Notes: generated by a model not told the origin, from the sequence alone. A stretch of 50,757 nt of DNA from an uncultured bacterium (GCA_903831805.1 CAIKZD010000006.1:1-50757), one strand, 5' to 3'. Counted from the stretch's first letter, positions 11,154 to 21,391 are shown. Program-made: numbers and translations.

Positions 11154-12605
11154 ATGCCATATAAAAAAACAAAAAACAAAAAAGGTTCGGCCTTGGCCTA
11201 CGCCCTAGTAATCATGTTTGCCATGTCGATAATTTTGACTTCCATGCTGAGCTATATCGTTTCTCAGATGAAGTTCAGTTTTAATCGGGCCAACAGGGAA
11301 GAGGCGCTGCAAATTGCCGAATCAGGCATGGATTGGTACCGTTGGTATCTGGCCCATCAAACATCCGGTAAGACCGCCCAACAGATCCAGAATTTTTGGC
11401 AGAATGGCCATCCGTTAGGCGTGGATAGTGAATATGTCGTTGATTATCAAGGTCTGGGTGACTATAGGATAAAGGTTGTGCAAGTGCCGGCCGCTGGCTC
11501 GACGGTGGTTAAAGTCAAAGTTACCGGCGCGACACACAATGCACCGGGTACGACCCGGACCATCCAAGTTCGATTTCGCCGGCCGTCTTGGAGCGAATAT
11601 ATGTTTTTGTCCAATAGTTTTATGAATTTTGGCGATCAAGCCGAAGTCTGGGGCAAGGTTTTTTCCAATGATGGCATTCGTTTTGATGGCACAGCACACA
11701 ACACTGTCAGTTCTCTCTTGCCGTCTTTCAATGACCCGACCTATGGCGGGAATAAGTTGCAATTTGGTGTGCACACCACGACCAATCCGGCCGATCCGGA
11801 TGCGCCCAGTTATCCGTGGCCGAGCGGCACAGTCCCGAATCGCCCGGATGTTTTTATGGGCGGACGCGAATTTCCCGTGCCGCAAGTCAGCTTCACTGGC
11901 GTCACAGCTGATTTGGCCAATATGAAAACTCAGGCGCAAAGTGGTCAGGGCTTGTATTTTGACAATAGCGGACTAGGGCGTAAGATCCTCCTAAAAAGCA
12001 ATGGGACTTTCGATGCGTGTGTGGTGGATAGTGCCAATGCTAATAGTCACGCTATTAGTAAATATAAGCAAAAAGTGGGGAATGGGACATGCAATAGTTG
12101 CAGTGGATCATGTTTGAGCAATTACACTATTCCAAATAATGGCATTATCTTCGTAGAGGATAATGCATGGGTGGACGGCGCGATTAATAATGAGGCACTG
12201 ACAATCGTGGCTGCCAACTTATCCGGCGGCGGTTCGCAGGCGGATATTTACATTGGCACGGAAAACTCTAATTTGCGTTACGCCGCATACAACTGTCTTA
12301 ATAAGTTAGGCTTGGTTGCGCAACGTGACGTGCGTGTGCTAGGCAGTTGTCCAGATGATTATATCGTCGACGCCGCGTTGATGGCTCAGACCGGGACAGT
12401 TGGCATGAATGATAACGGGTTTAGTGGTCACAATTCATTGACCTTCAATGGCGCCATTGCTTCCTATTTGCAGCCGTATTTCCAACATGGCAATAGTGGC
12501 TTTGCCGTTCGCTTTTATGATTTCGACAACGATCTTTTGTATTGTCCGCCACCCTACTTTCCCACGGGCACGGATTATTCCATCGATTTGTGGCAAGAAC
12601 TATAA
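11154..12605 (+). CDS. PilX-like minor pilin with large C-terminal domain
   Basis: KKGSALAYAL (no E5), ALQIAESG motif, ends WQEL. Confidence 0.75.
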   Translation: MPYKKTKNKKGSALAYALVIMFAMSIILTSMLSYIVSQMKFSFNRANREEALQIAESGMDWYRWYLAHQTSGKTAQQIQNFWQNGHPLGVDSEYVVDYQGLGDYRIKVVQVPAAGSTVVKVKVTGATHNAPGTTRTIQVRFRRPSWSEYMFLSNSFMNFGDQAEVWGKVFSNDGIRFDGTAHNTVSSLLPSFNDPTYGGNKLQFGVHTTTNPADPDAPSYPWPSGTVPNRPDVFMGGREFPVPQVSFTGVTADLANMKTQAQSGQGLYFDNSGLGRKILLKSNGTFDACVVDSANANSHAISKYKQKVGNGTCNSCSGSCLSNYTIPNNGIIFVEDNAWVDGAINNEALTIVAANLSGGGSQADIYIGTENSNLRYAAYNCLNKLGLVAQRDVRVLGSCPDDYIVDAALMAQTGTVGMNDNGFSGHNSLTFNGAIASYLQPYFQHGNSGFAVRFYDFDNDLLYCPPPYFPTGTDYSIDLWQEL

Positions 12606-12657
12606 AGCATGCTAGTAAATAATTTATCAATATCATCTTAGTATGCTAAAATGAATT

Positions 12658-13746
12658 ATGAAATTTTGGAATAAAAAAGTAATCAGTTTCGAAGATAAAT
12701 ATTTTGGGCTGGACCTGGGCGAGTCCTCCATTAAAGTTTTTCAATTGGAAAAAGATGGCAACCTGGATCGGATCAGGAGTTTCAACTCAGCGGAAATCAC
12801 TGCCGGCATTATCGAGAACGGCCAGATTATCGAGCCGGAAAAACTTAGTCAGATTATCCGTGAAGTTATTAACTCCGCCGGGCCGAAAAAAATAAACACA
12901 AAGAAAGTCATCTGCTCCATCCCCGAGTCGAAAGTTTTTTTGCGCACCATCAGCATTCCACTCATCAAAGAAAAAGAAGCGATTGAAGCGGTCAAATGGG
13001 AGATTGAAGCCGGCATCCCCCTAAAAATAGATGAGGTCTATTTTGATTGGCAATTTATGGATCAGTCAGATGGCAAGCAGAACGTGCTGACGGTGGCAGT
13101 TTCCAAAGAGGTAGTGGATAACTTAGTGAAGGTTCTTGAAGCTTGCGGGTTGTCTGTTTGCGGCATGGAAATGGAGTCAATCCCCACCACCCGCAGTCTG
13201 GTCCCTCATAATTCAGGAGAAAAAGATGTCTACCTGATCGTGGATGTCGGGACGCTGAAAACCAGTTTCATAATCATTCGGAGCGGTGTGCCCTGTTTCA
13301 CGTCTAGTATCCCTTTTTCTTCGCGCGGCATCACTGATCTGATTGCCAGTCAGATGGGAATTAATCGTGAGGAGGCGGAAAAGATCAAAATATCTCAAGG
13401 GATTGAGCATTCTTCTGAAGGGCAGAACAATCCAATTCTCGCCCTGGTGCGGCCGCTTTTAGAAAACTTGTCCACGGAAATCGAGCGCACGATTGACTTC
13501 TATCATACCTTTCCTGATTCTGATGCGGAGATAAAAAAAGTGATCATTTCCGGCGGGAGCTCTAATCTCAAGGGACTGGTCCCATATCCGGCCACCAATC
13601 TGACTTATGAGATTGGCCTAGGCAACCCGTGGATAAATTTAAATTTGGGTAAAAATTTGCCAATAATAAGCCGAGACGATTCTATCCGCTACGCGACAGC
13701 CATTGGACTGGCGATGCGAGAAATTAGTTATGGAAATAAAACTTAA
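12658..13746 (+). CDS. pilM: Type IV pilus assembly protein PilM
   Basis: GLDLG actin-like motif, VDVG, SGGSS, C-terminal YATAIGLAMR. Confidence 0.88.
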   Translation: MKFWNKKVISFEDKYFGLDLGESSIKVFQLEKDGNLDRIRSFNSAEITAGIIENGQIIEPEKLSQIIREVINSAGPKKINTKKVICSIPESKVFLRTISIPLIKEKEAIEAVKWEIEAGIPLKIDEVYFDWQFMDQSDGKQNVLTVAVSKEVVDNLVKVLEACGLSVCGMEMESIPTTRSLVPHNSGEKDVYLIVDVGTLKTSFIIIRSGVPCFTSSIPFSSRGITDLIASQMGINREEAEKIKISQGIEHSSEGQNNPILALVRPLLENLSTEIERTIDFYHTFPDSDAEIKKVIISGGSSNLKGLVPYPATNLTYEIGLGNPWINLNLGKNLPIISRDDSIRYATAIGLAMREISYGNKT

Positions 13747-14281
13747 TCTGATCCCGCCGAATAAGCAGGAGGAGATTGGAAAAAACAAACGTTTGAAAAT
13801 GGCCATCAAAGCCGAAATAGCCTTGACCATTATATTGGTCGGGTTCTTTATCGTGCTTTTGAGTTTTAAATATAGTTTGAACATGGGGCTCTCAGGAGAG
13901 ATGTTGCTCAATGCTCAAGTGGAAAAAGCCGATCAATTCAGTAAGATTAAGAGTTATGACAATCAGTTCAACCAAGCTAATGAACGGATAAAACAGATCG
14001 CTTCAATCGATAAGGCACAGTTGTATTGGTCAAGAGTTTTTGAAAAAATCAGCCAGCTGATCCCCGTCGGCATCGGGCTAAAAACATTGTCCACCGACCA
14101 ATACGCTATCACTCTTTCCGGCGTCGCCGATACCCGGGAGAATCTGATTGCGTTCAAAGATAAGCTGGAAAAAGAAACGTGTTTCTCGAACATTGTCCTG
14201 CCGCTCTCGAATTTGGTCGACAAAGCTGACGTGGAATTCCAGATTACTCTCGATGTCGATGAAAAATGTTTAAAAAAATAA
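13730..14281 (+). CDS. pilN: PilN-like protein
   Basis: N-terminal LNLIP (INLLP-like), one TM, coiled coil; follows pilM. Confidence 0.75.
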   Translation: MEIKLNLIPPNKQEEIGKNKRLKMAIKAEIALTIILVGFFIVLLSFKYSLNMGLSGEMLLNAQVEKADQFSKIKSYDNQFNQANERIKQIASIDKAQLYWSRVFEKISQLIPVGIGLKTLSTDQYAITLSGVADTRENLIAFKDKLEKETCFSNIVLPLSNLVDKADVEFQITLDVDEKCLKK

Positions 14282-14306
14282 TCAGCCTCGGTTAATTTTC
14301 AAAAAG

Positions 14307-14957
14307 GTGAAAAATATTTGGTTTAAATTCAAATTAGCAATCATTGTTTCCGGCTACGCCCTCGCCGCCGCGGTTTTGGTATATTTTTTAATCAAGCCAC
14401 TGGTGAATGATATCAAAACTTTGGCTTATCAGATCCAGGCCAAATCCATTGATCGCGAAATTGAAAAATCTCAAATTGAAAAACTGCCGGAGATCAAAAA
14501 AGAATGGTCTGATTATGAAAGTCGCGAAAGCCTGCTGAATGTTGTCTTGGGCCAGCAGGACCAAGTGAGCTTCATTGAAAATATTGAAGCGATCGCCCAA
14601 ACCACCGGAAACAAGATAGATCTTAAAATCGAAGATGGCGCTAAAAATACCACTTTTAGTGTGAAAAACAAGGATATGCTGAAAGCCCTCGCTTACCCCG
14701 ACTATTTCCCCATTCAGATCAGCCTGGAGGGTGACTATGCCGGTTTGGTCAATTTTGTTAAGCTCCTGGAAAACAGTCAATTCTATGTGAACATTCTTTC
14801 CATTTCGGCTACGAAAAATAGTGTTAAGGATGACGGAAATCGGAATACTAACATCTTCGGTATCGGCGGCACAATTTCTGATAAGCCGAACGCTGAAAGT
14901 GTTGATGATTCCATTAAGACGGAAATAGGGGCAATAGTTTATACTCAAAAACAATGA
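14307..14957 (+). CDS. PilO-like protein
   Basis: One TM, coiled coil, LEGDYAGLVNFVKLLEN; operon position. Confidence 0.65.
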   Translation: MKNIWFKFKLAIIVSGYALAAAVLVYFLIKPLVNDIKTLAYQIQAKSIDREIEKSQIEKLPEIKKEWSDYESRESLLNVVLGQQDQVSFIENIEAIAQTTGNKIDLKIEDGAKNTTFSVKNKDMLKALAYPDYFPIQISLEGDYAGLVNFVKLLENSQFYVNILSISATKNSVKDDGNRNTNIFGIGGTISDKPNAESVDDSIKTEIGAIVYTQKQ

Positions 14958-15400
14958 ATTTTCTAAAAAACATAAAAAATATAAAAAAATTTCTCAAGCC
15001 CAGCTATTTGCTGGAAGTGCTTTCTCATTTTTTCGGCCGCTATGCCAGAGCTTTTGTTTTTTTGATTGCGATTGCTTTGGTCGGTTTTTGTATCAATCTC
15101 TGGCGCACCACCTTGTATCAAGCACAATGGAATGCCGGTCAAAAGGCAGAATATATCAAAAACAAAGGCCAAGGAACCACTTTCAACGAGAAAGGTTTTG
15201 AATATGACACGGCGGCCGCTAAAGCGAGAGACGATGAGAGCAAAAAAGACATCGGAAATCTAACGGACATTTTCCGCTTGGAGAAAGCGGCGCCGACGCC
15301 GACGCCAGTCGATAAGGCAGCTACTGCCAAACCAGCGACTGTTTCCATGATACAAGTGGTCCCTTCGATTGGTGCAACTGCTGCCGCTCCGGTTCATTAG
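14954..15400 (+). CDS. Hypothetical membrane protein at the end of the pilus operon
   Basis: Overlapping ATGA coupling, one TM, Ala/Pro/Thr-rich tail. Confidence 0.6.
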   Translation: MNFLKNIKNIKKFLKPSYLLEVLSHFFGRYARAFVFLIAIALVGFCINLWRTTLYQAQWNAGQKAEYIKNKGQGTTFNEKGFEYDTAAAKARDDESKKDIGNLTDIFRLEKAAPTPTPVDKAATAKPATVSMIQVVPSIGATAAAPVH

Positions 15401-15500
15401 CGACGAAAAATAAAAAATCAGGCCGTGGCTTGTTCAAGGGGAGTGCTCAGGATTTAAATAATATGTTAGTATTAGGTGGTAGAATAACCGCAAAAGTTTT

Positions 15501-16007
15501 ATGGACAAAAAAACAAAAATATTTTTTGTGATTTTCGCCTGCTTGATCGTTGGGTCAGTGGCTTTTACTTTTTATAAAATTGAAATTAAAAAAGACTACA
15601 TCATGGAAGGTCAGATTGATTGTGACCCGACGGCAGAAAAATGTTTTATTTGGAAATGTGACCCTGCGTCTAATGTGGAAGGAGAAAAGTGCACAGGGGA
15701 CAAGGAAAAGGATGTCTGGTATTATCAAATCGCCAAGAGAAATGCAAGCCATATCCCGCTTTGCGATCCGGATAAGGATGAGACTTGCGATCCATGGACA
15801 TGCGGCGAGGGTGAAAAGGACTGTTCGAACACTTTTTGTGATGATCAAAATAAAGTCGAGCAAGAGGTGGAGTGTAGCGATCCGGTGCAATATAACATAG
15901 ACAATCCGCCAGCGGAGGAGGCAGTGATGTGTGAGGAAGGTGATGAAACTTGCGCTAACCGAATAAATGATAAAAGCGTAGAGGGGATTAAAAACACAGG
16001 AGAGTAG
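15501..16007 (+). CDS. Membrane-anchored Cys-rich acidic protein
   Basis: N-terminal TM, 13 Cys, four CDP motifs, D/E-rich. Confidence 0.7.
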   Translation: MDKKTKIFFVIFACLIVGSVAFTFYKIEIKKDYIMEGQIDCDPTAEKCFIWKCDPASNVEGEKCTGDKEKDVWYYQIAKRNASHIPLCDPDKDETCDPWTCGEGEKDCSNTFCDDQNKVEQEVECSDPVQYNIDNPPAEEAVMCEEGDETCANRINDKSVEGIKNTGE

Positions 16008-16043
16008 TTTGGAAAAAATATAAGTTAGAATATATTGTAAAAA

Positions 16044-16982
16044 ATGAATCATATTTTAAACAACTGGTTGTTTGTTGCTTTTCTAGCTCCATTTTTTTGG
16101 TCATTGGTTAATATTATTGATCTTTATTTTGTTGAAGAAATATACGATAATGAATATGACGGAACAGTTATGACGGGGTTGGCGCAGATTATTCCTTGGT
16201 TCACTTTGCCATTTATTGGTCTAGTGGTACCAGATTTAAGAAGTGTTATCATGGCAACACTGGGAGGGTTTTTTTTAGTTACGGCCTACTTTTTTTATTT
16301 TAAGGCTCTTTTTTCAACAGGTGATGCAGCCCTGATTCAGATAATTTGGAATACTGTCGGGATTTTTGTTCCAATTTTGGCTTTTTTGTTTTTGCAGGAA
16401 AAATTGTCCGTCGTGCAATATCTTGGAATCGGAGTTACTTTTATTGGGGCAATGTATATTTCATTTAATAATAAGTTTCAAGGCGGAAACACAAGAAAGA
16501 TTATTCCAATTATGGCTGGAGCGATTATTTTTTTGTCTTTAAGCATGATATTCACGCGGGATGTTTATTCCAGAACATCATTTCATAGTGGGATTATGTT
16601 TTTTTCGTTAGGATCTATATTAGCCGGAATATTTTTCTATTTTTTACGAATAAGAAAACATGGGACTGGAAATTTGATAAATATCGGAAAAAAATATTAT
16701 ATATGGTTTTTATTAGTGGAGAGTTTGACTATGTTGGGCATTATTGCTTCACAAAGAGCTATTAATATAAGTCCTGCAGTGTCTTTTGTAGCCGCAATAG
16801 AAAGTATCCAACCAGCTTTTATAATAATTGTCAGTGCCGTATTTTTTTCATTTCTTTCTCTGTGTTCATATAAAAAGAAGGATATTATCAAAAGAATATA
16901 TAATGATCAGCTTGTTGGAATTTATGCAAAGATTTTCGCCATTATAATAATGGCAGTAGGTATATATATGATAAATTTATGA
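16044..16982 (+). CDS. EamA/DMT family transporter
   Basis: About 10 TM helices in two repeats; FLFLQEKLS motif. Confidence 0.8.
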   Translation: MNHILNNWLFVAFLAPFFWSLVNIIDLYFVEEIYDNEYDGTVMTGLAQIIPWFTLPFIGLVVPDLRSVIMATLGGFFLVTAYFFYFKALFSTGDAALIQIIWNTVGIFVPILAFLFLQEKLSVVQYLGIGVTFIGAMYISFNNKFQGGNTRKIIPIMAGAIIFLSLSMIFTRDVYSRTSFHSGIMFFSLGSILAGIFFYFLRIRKHGTGNLINIGKKYYIWFLLVESLTMLGIIASQRAINISPAVSFVAAIESIQPAFIIIVSAVFFSFLSLCSYKKKDIIKRIYNDQLVGIYAKIFAIIIMAVGIYMINL

Positions 16983-17105
16983 TTTTTACAAACACAAGAT
17001 GATGTGATAATTTTTTGTAATGAATTGTTTCTGTTGTGAGAGCGTAATTAAGTATTGAATTTACTGAAATATTTAGAGGTATAATTTATTAATTTTCATA
17101 AAAAA

Positions 17106-17501
17106 ATGGAATCTTGTAATTTTGGGGAACATTTAATGCTGGATGGTTATGGGGGAGATCCTGTAAAATTGAATGATAGAGATTTGGTTATGTGTGCACT
17201 GGTTGATATGCCCCATAAGCTAGGCATGAAAAGGCTGTCTGATCCTATAATAAAGGAAGCTCCAGACAATAACATCAAAGATCCTGGGGGATGGAGCGGA
17301 GTTGTAATTATTGCAGAAAGTCATATCAGTGTACACACTTTTCCAAAAAGAAAGTTTGTGAGTGTGGATGTTTATACTTGCCGGAACGGATTAGATAGAA
17401 AATTTATAAAAAATTATTTTAAGAAAATATTTAAATTGGATGACATTGAGGAAAACTTTGTGAAACGAGGAACGAGATATCCTGATAAAAATTTATGCTA
17501 A
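17106..17501 (+). CDS. speD: S-adenosylmethionine decarboxylase proenzyme family (pyruvoyl-dependent)
   Basis: [26 protein letters not shown] cleavage site, DVYTC; substrate not verified. Confidence 0.85.
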   Translation: MESCNFGEHLMLDGYGGDPVKLNDRDLVMCALVDMPHKLGMKRLSDPIIKEAPDNNIKDPGGWSGVVIIAESHISVHTFPKRKFVSVDVYTCRNGLDRKFIKNYFKKIFKLDDIEENFVKRGTRYPDKNLC

Positions 17502-18808
17502 ATAACAAAAAAAAATTAAAAGTGCTCTTTGTGTCTGGAGAATTGATTGCGGGAGACGTGGCATATCGACTGAAGCAGGAGGGTTGTGTTGTTAAGCTCT
17601 ATATTAAAGATGAAAGTAGAAAAGATTGTTTTGATGGAATGGTTGAAAAAACTGATGACTGGAAAAAGGAATTAGACTGGGTGGGTAAAGATGGATTAAT
17701 TGTGTTTGATGATGTGATTTTCGATAATGATGCTGATGAATTAAGCAAGAAAGGGTTTAACGTTTTTGGTGGTAACAAGAGAGGTAATGAGCTAGAATTG
17801 AATCGAGAGTTCGCTCAAAAAATTTTTAAAAAGTATGGCTTAAAAACTTTAGAATCAAGGGATTTTCAAAAGGCTACCTTGGCCATAAAGTACATCGAAA
17901 AAAATAAAGGCAAGTGGGTCGTGAAACAAAACGGACATGATGGCTCTTTGACATATATTGGTAGTTTGGACGATGGTAGCGATGCTATAAGTATATTGAA
18001 AAACTTTGCTAAATATAATAGTAGTAAATCTCTACAAACTATATCTTTACAAAAAAGAGTTGATGGGGTTGAGGTGGCAGTTGCAAGGTATTTTAATGGG
18101 CAAGATTGGACCAGCCCAATCTTCATTAGCTTTGAACACAAACCCCTGTTGGATGGTGACCGTGGGCCATTAACAGCCGAGATGGGAACATTAGCTTGGT
18201 ATGATAAAAACGAAAAAAATAAGCTTTTTTTAGCAACCCTAGAAAAGATTAAGCCATATTTAATGGATACCGGTTATAAGGGTTATGTTGATATAAACAG
18301 TATTGTTTCAGAGGATAAATTATTTCCATTGGAGGCTACGATGAGATTTGGATCTCCAACTAATCAGTTGCAAAGCGAAATGCATCTATCTCCTTGGAAA
18401 AATTTACTCTGGAACACAGCTACGGGCAAGAAGTTTGAATTAAAATATAAAATAGGTTATTCTATAGTTGTTTCAGTTGCAATCCCACCTTTTCCTTATA
18501 AATCAATATCATCTGATTATTATTTAAAAGATGTCCAAGTTTTGTTTAAGGGAAAATTGACCAGTAGCGAAAAATCTCAGCTTCACTTCGAAGAAGTTTC
18601 AATGCGAGACGGGAACATTTATATAGCTGGAAGTAATGGATATATTTTATTCTCAACAGGGAATGGCGTGGATGTGGAAATTGCAAGAAAGAAAGCCTAT
18701 AGTCTTGTAGATAAATTAGTAATTCCTAGGATGCTTTATCGTACAGATATTGGAGCAAAATATGTAAAAAAAGATTCATTACTTCTAAAAAAATGGGGAT
18801 GGATTTAG
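17495..18808 (+). CDS. PurD-like ATP-grasp ligase (divergent)
   Basis: [50 protein letters not shown]; lacks the N-terminal GSGGREH of canonical PurD. Confidence 0.75.
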   Translation: MLNNKKKLKVLFVSGELIAGDVAYRLKQEGCVVKLYIKDESRKDCFDGMVEKTDDWKKELDWVGKDGLIVFDDVIFDNDADELSKKGFNVFGGNKRGNELELNREFAQKIFKKYGLKTLESRDFQKATLAIKYIEKNKGKWVVKQNGHDGSLTYIGSLDDGSDAISILKNFAKYNSSKSLQTISLQKRVDGVEVAVARYFNGQDWTSPIFISFEHKPLLDGDRGPLTAEMGTLAWYDKNEKNKLFLATLEKIKPYLMDTGYKGYVDINSIVSEDKLFPLEATMRFGSPTNQLQSEMHLSPWKNLLWNTATGKKFELKYKIGYSIVVSVAIPPFPYKSISSDYYLKDVQVLFKGKLTSSEKSQLHFEEVSMRDGNIYIAGSNGYILFSTGNGVDVEIARKKAYSLVDKLVIPRMLYRTDIGAKYVKKDSLLLKKWGWI

Positions 18809-18852
18809 ATTTTATTGATTGAGGATAAGTTATTAAGCGCAAAACAAAAAAT

Positions 18853-20598
18853 ATGGATTATAATCTTGTCACAAATTTGAAGACTTGTTATGTAGATATC
18901 TCACCCCTTCTATATTATTCTCATATACCTACGGCGATAGTGGCCCTTATCATTGGTTTTTTTGTTTTTTGGAAAGATAGTCGTTCTTTGATTAGTAATA
19001 TTTTATTATTTATTGCTGTCGGTTTCGCTTTGTGGTCAGCTTCTGATTTGGTTATCTGGATCAATCCCGATAGTAGTAAAATAATGTTTTTGTGGTCATG
19101 GATAAATTTGTTGGAGATGTTAATTTCTGTGGCGACTTTGTATTTTTCTTATGTTTTTCTCGAAGAGAAGGACGTTTCATTTAAATTTAAATTATTCTTT
19201 GGAATCTTATTGGCGACTTTTATAATGTTTATTCCTACCAGACTTAATCTGGTAGCCTTTAATTACGATAACTGCGAATCTGTTCAGGGGTTGCTAATCA
19301 ACTACTATCATATTTTGGAGGCATTTTTTTCAGTGTGGCTTCTTGTGTATTTGATAAGGAAAATGTGGACTGTCAAAAAGATAGATGAAAGAAAAAAAGC
19401 AGTTTATTTATCCTTGGGAGTTACTTCGTTTTTATTTTCATTTTCAGGTACTAATATCATTAGTAGTATAACTACGAGATGGGAACTTCTGCAGTATGGC
19501 TTGTTCGGCATGGTTGTTTTCATGGGCTTTTTAGCTTATCTGATTGTTAAATTTAAGGCTTTTCACATTAAAATGTTGGGGGCGCAGGCGCTGGTGGTGG
19601 CTATCGTCTCCCTAGTTGGCGCACAGTATTTTTTTACACCGTTTACCGATGTTACTAATATAATTCTGATCAGCGTTACGGTTTTTGCAGCAGCGGTACT
19701 GGGTATTTGGTTAGTGAAGTCGGTTAAGATGGAAGTGGAGCGCAAAGAACAGCTCCAGCGTATGTCTGATTCTCTGGCCTTTGCCAATGATAAACTTAGG
19801 GTGAACAACACCAAGCTGGAGAAAATCGATGCGACCAAGACTGATTTCATCAACATCGCTTCGCATCAATTGCACAAGGTGCCGACGCCGATTAAGGGAT
19901 ATTTGTCGCTGCTTCTGGAAGGATCATATGGGAAGATTTCGGCGGAGCAGCGCCGAGTGCTGGAAAATATTAATTTTGCCAATAACCGCCAGATCAGCCT
20001 GGTGGATGATCTCTTGAATGTATCGCGCATGGAATCCGGCAAAATCAAGCTGGATTTCGAAAAAGAACATCTGGAAACCATTTGCCAGGAAGCGTATGAG
20101 GCCCTTGCGCCGGCTGCCAAAGAAAAAGGGCTTAAATTCAGCTGGGTCCATCCTAAGAAGGCTTTGCCTAAACTCATTATGGATAAAGGCAAGATCTTTG
20201 AAGCTATTTTCAATTTTGTCGATAACGCGATAAAATATACACCGAAGGGAAAAGTGGATCTGCAGGTCGAGCTGGATGCGGCGTCTCACTATGAAAAGCA
20301 GATAGGAGATGATGATCAGAAAGAAGCTTTGACCGGACCGGTAGTGCGCTTGACAATAGTTGACACCGGGGCGGGAATCGCCAAGGAAAATATTCCCTAT
20401 CTCTTCGTCAAGTTTTCCAGAAGAGATACAGCCAAGCTGAATATCGAAGGCACCGGCTTGGGACTGTATGTGGTGAAGCTGATGATCGAGGCGCATGGTG
20501 GTCGCACATGGGCGGAATCGGAGGGTGAAGGGAAGGGGTCGAAATTCATCATCGAGATTCCTGTTGAGCAGCCCGAACATGTCAGTGTGAAAAAATAA
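18853..20598 (+). CDS. Histidine kinase with N-terminal multi-TM (HisKA_7TM-like) sensor
   Basis: About 290-aa hydrophobic N-terminus, ASHQL H-box, DNAIKYT, DTGAGI, GTGLGL. Confidence 0.9.
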   Translation: MDYNLVTNLKTCYVDISPLLYYSHIPTAIVALIIGFFVFWKDSRSLISNILLFIAVGFALWSASDLVIWINPDSSKIMFLWSWINLLEMLISVATLYFSYVFLEEKDVSFKFKLFFGILLATFIMFIPTRLNLVAFNYDNCESVQGLLINYYHILEAFFSVWLLVYLIRKMWTVKKIDERKKAVYLSLGVTSFLFSFSGTNIISSITTRWELLQYGLFGMVVFMGFLAYLIVKFKAFHIKMLGAQALVVAIVSLVGAQYFFTPFTDVTNIILISVTVFAAAVLGIWLVKSVKMEVERKEQLQRMSDSLAFANDKLRVNNTKLEKIDATKTDFINIASHQLHKVPTPIKGYLSLLLEGSYGKISAEQRRVLENINFANNRQISLVDDLLNVSRMESGKIKLDFEKEHLETICQEAYEALAPAAKEKGLKFSWVHPKKALPKLIMDKGKIFEAIFNFVDNAIKYTPKGKVDLQVELDAASHYEKQIGDDDQKEALTGPVVRLTIVDTGAGIAKENIPYLFVKFSRRDTAKLNIEGTGLGLYVVKLMIEAHGGRTWAESEGEGKGSKFIIEIPVEQPEHVSVKK

Positions 20599-20647
20599 TT
20601 GTAAGAATAAAATTTAGCCTAATTTAATTTAACTTAATTTAATATTT

Positions 20648-21040
20648 ATGTTAAAAATAGTGATAGTCGAAGATGATCCGATGATTTCTGAAATCTTTCA
20701 GCGAAAATTTTCCGAGTCAGGGTTCGAAGTTTTTTTAGCGGGGGATGGCAAGCAAGCGTTGGAAGTCATAAAGACCCATGGCATTAATATTGTTCTCTCT
20801 GATTTGATCATGCCGGAGATGGGTGGCTTTGAGTTGACCAAGACTTTGCGCAGCGGAGGATACGATCCGAACATCAAAATCATTATCATTAGTAATTTGA
20901 TCGATAGTCTTGAGAACGCCATCGAATTGGGCGCTAATGGTTTTCTGGCCAAGTCCGCCTACACGCCGACGGAAATGGTTGGTAAGGTCAAGGAATTACT
21001 TGGCATGCCAGCTCAAGAACCGCAAGTATCGCAAGAATAA
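20648..21040 (+). CDS. Single-domain response regulator
   Basis: IVEDD, SDLIMPEMGG, FLAK. Confidence 0.9.
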   Translation: MLKIVIVEDDPMISEIFQRKFSESGFEVFLAGDGKQALEVIKTHGINIVLSDLIMPEMGGFELTKTLRSGGYDPNIKIIIISNLIDSLENAIELGANGFLAKSAYTPTEMVGKVKELLGMPAQEPQVSQE

Positions 21041-21063
21041 TTATCCCAATATTCCAGTCACCA

Positions 21064-21091
21064 AAAAAACAAGCTGTGAAGCTTGTTTTTT
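21064..21091. terminator. Bidirectional intrinsic terminator
   Basis: aaaaaacaagc-tgtgaa-gcttgtttttt between the convergent regulator gene and tRNA cluster. Confidence 0.7.
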
Positions 21092-21094
21092 GAA

Positions 21095-21170
21095 TGGTGC
21101 GCCCGGCAGGAGTCGAACCTACAACCCCTTGTTCCGAAGACAAGTGCTCTATCCATTGAGCTACGGGCGC
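21095..21170 (-). tRNA. tRNA-Arg(UCG)
   Basis: Cloverleaf; anticodon arm cttgt-ctTCGga-acaag; CCA encoded. Confidence 0.93.
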
Positions 21171-21195
21171 GTATTATTTGTGAAATCTGCAGAGG

Positions 21196-21268
21196 GGCGG
21201 CTACTGGGAGTCGGACCCAACTTCCCGGTACCACAAACCGGTGTCTTAACCGATAGACGATAGCCGCC
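21196..21268 (-). tRNA. tRNA-His(GUG)
   Basis: Anticodon arm ccggt-ttGTGgt-accgg; G-1 and discriminator C; atypical T-loop TCCGACT. Confidence 0.88.
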
Positions 21269-21305
21269 CCTCTATAGACTTTTCAATCAATGATAAAATG
21301 TCTTG

Positions 21306-21378
21306 TGCGCCCACCGGGACTCGAACCTGGGACCGTTTGCTTAAGAGGCAACTGCTCTACCAACTGAGCTATGGGCGC
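21306..21378 (-). tRNA. tRNA-Lys(CUU)
   Basis: Cloverleaf; anticodon loop ctCTTaa. Confidence 0.92.
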
Positions 21379-21391
21379 GTATTAATTTGTG

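Noticed and set aside
17495-18808. Calling this gene purD
   Set aside because: Substrate-binding motifs differ and there is no purine-pathway context; kept as PurD-like.
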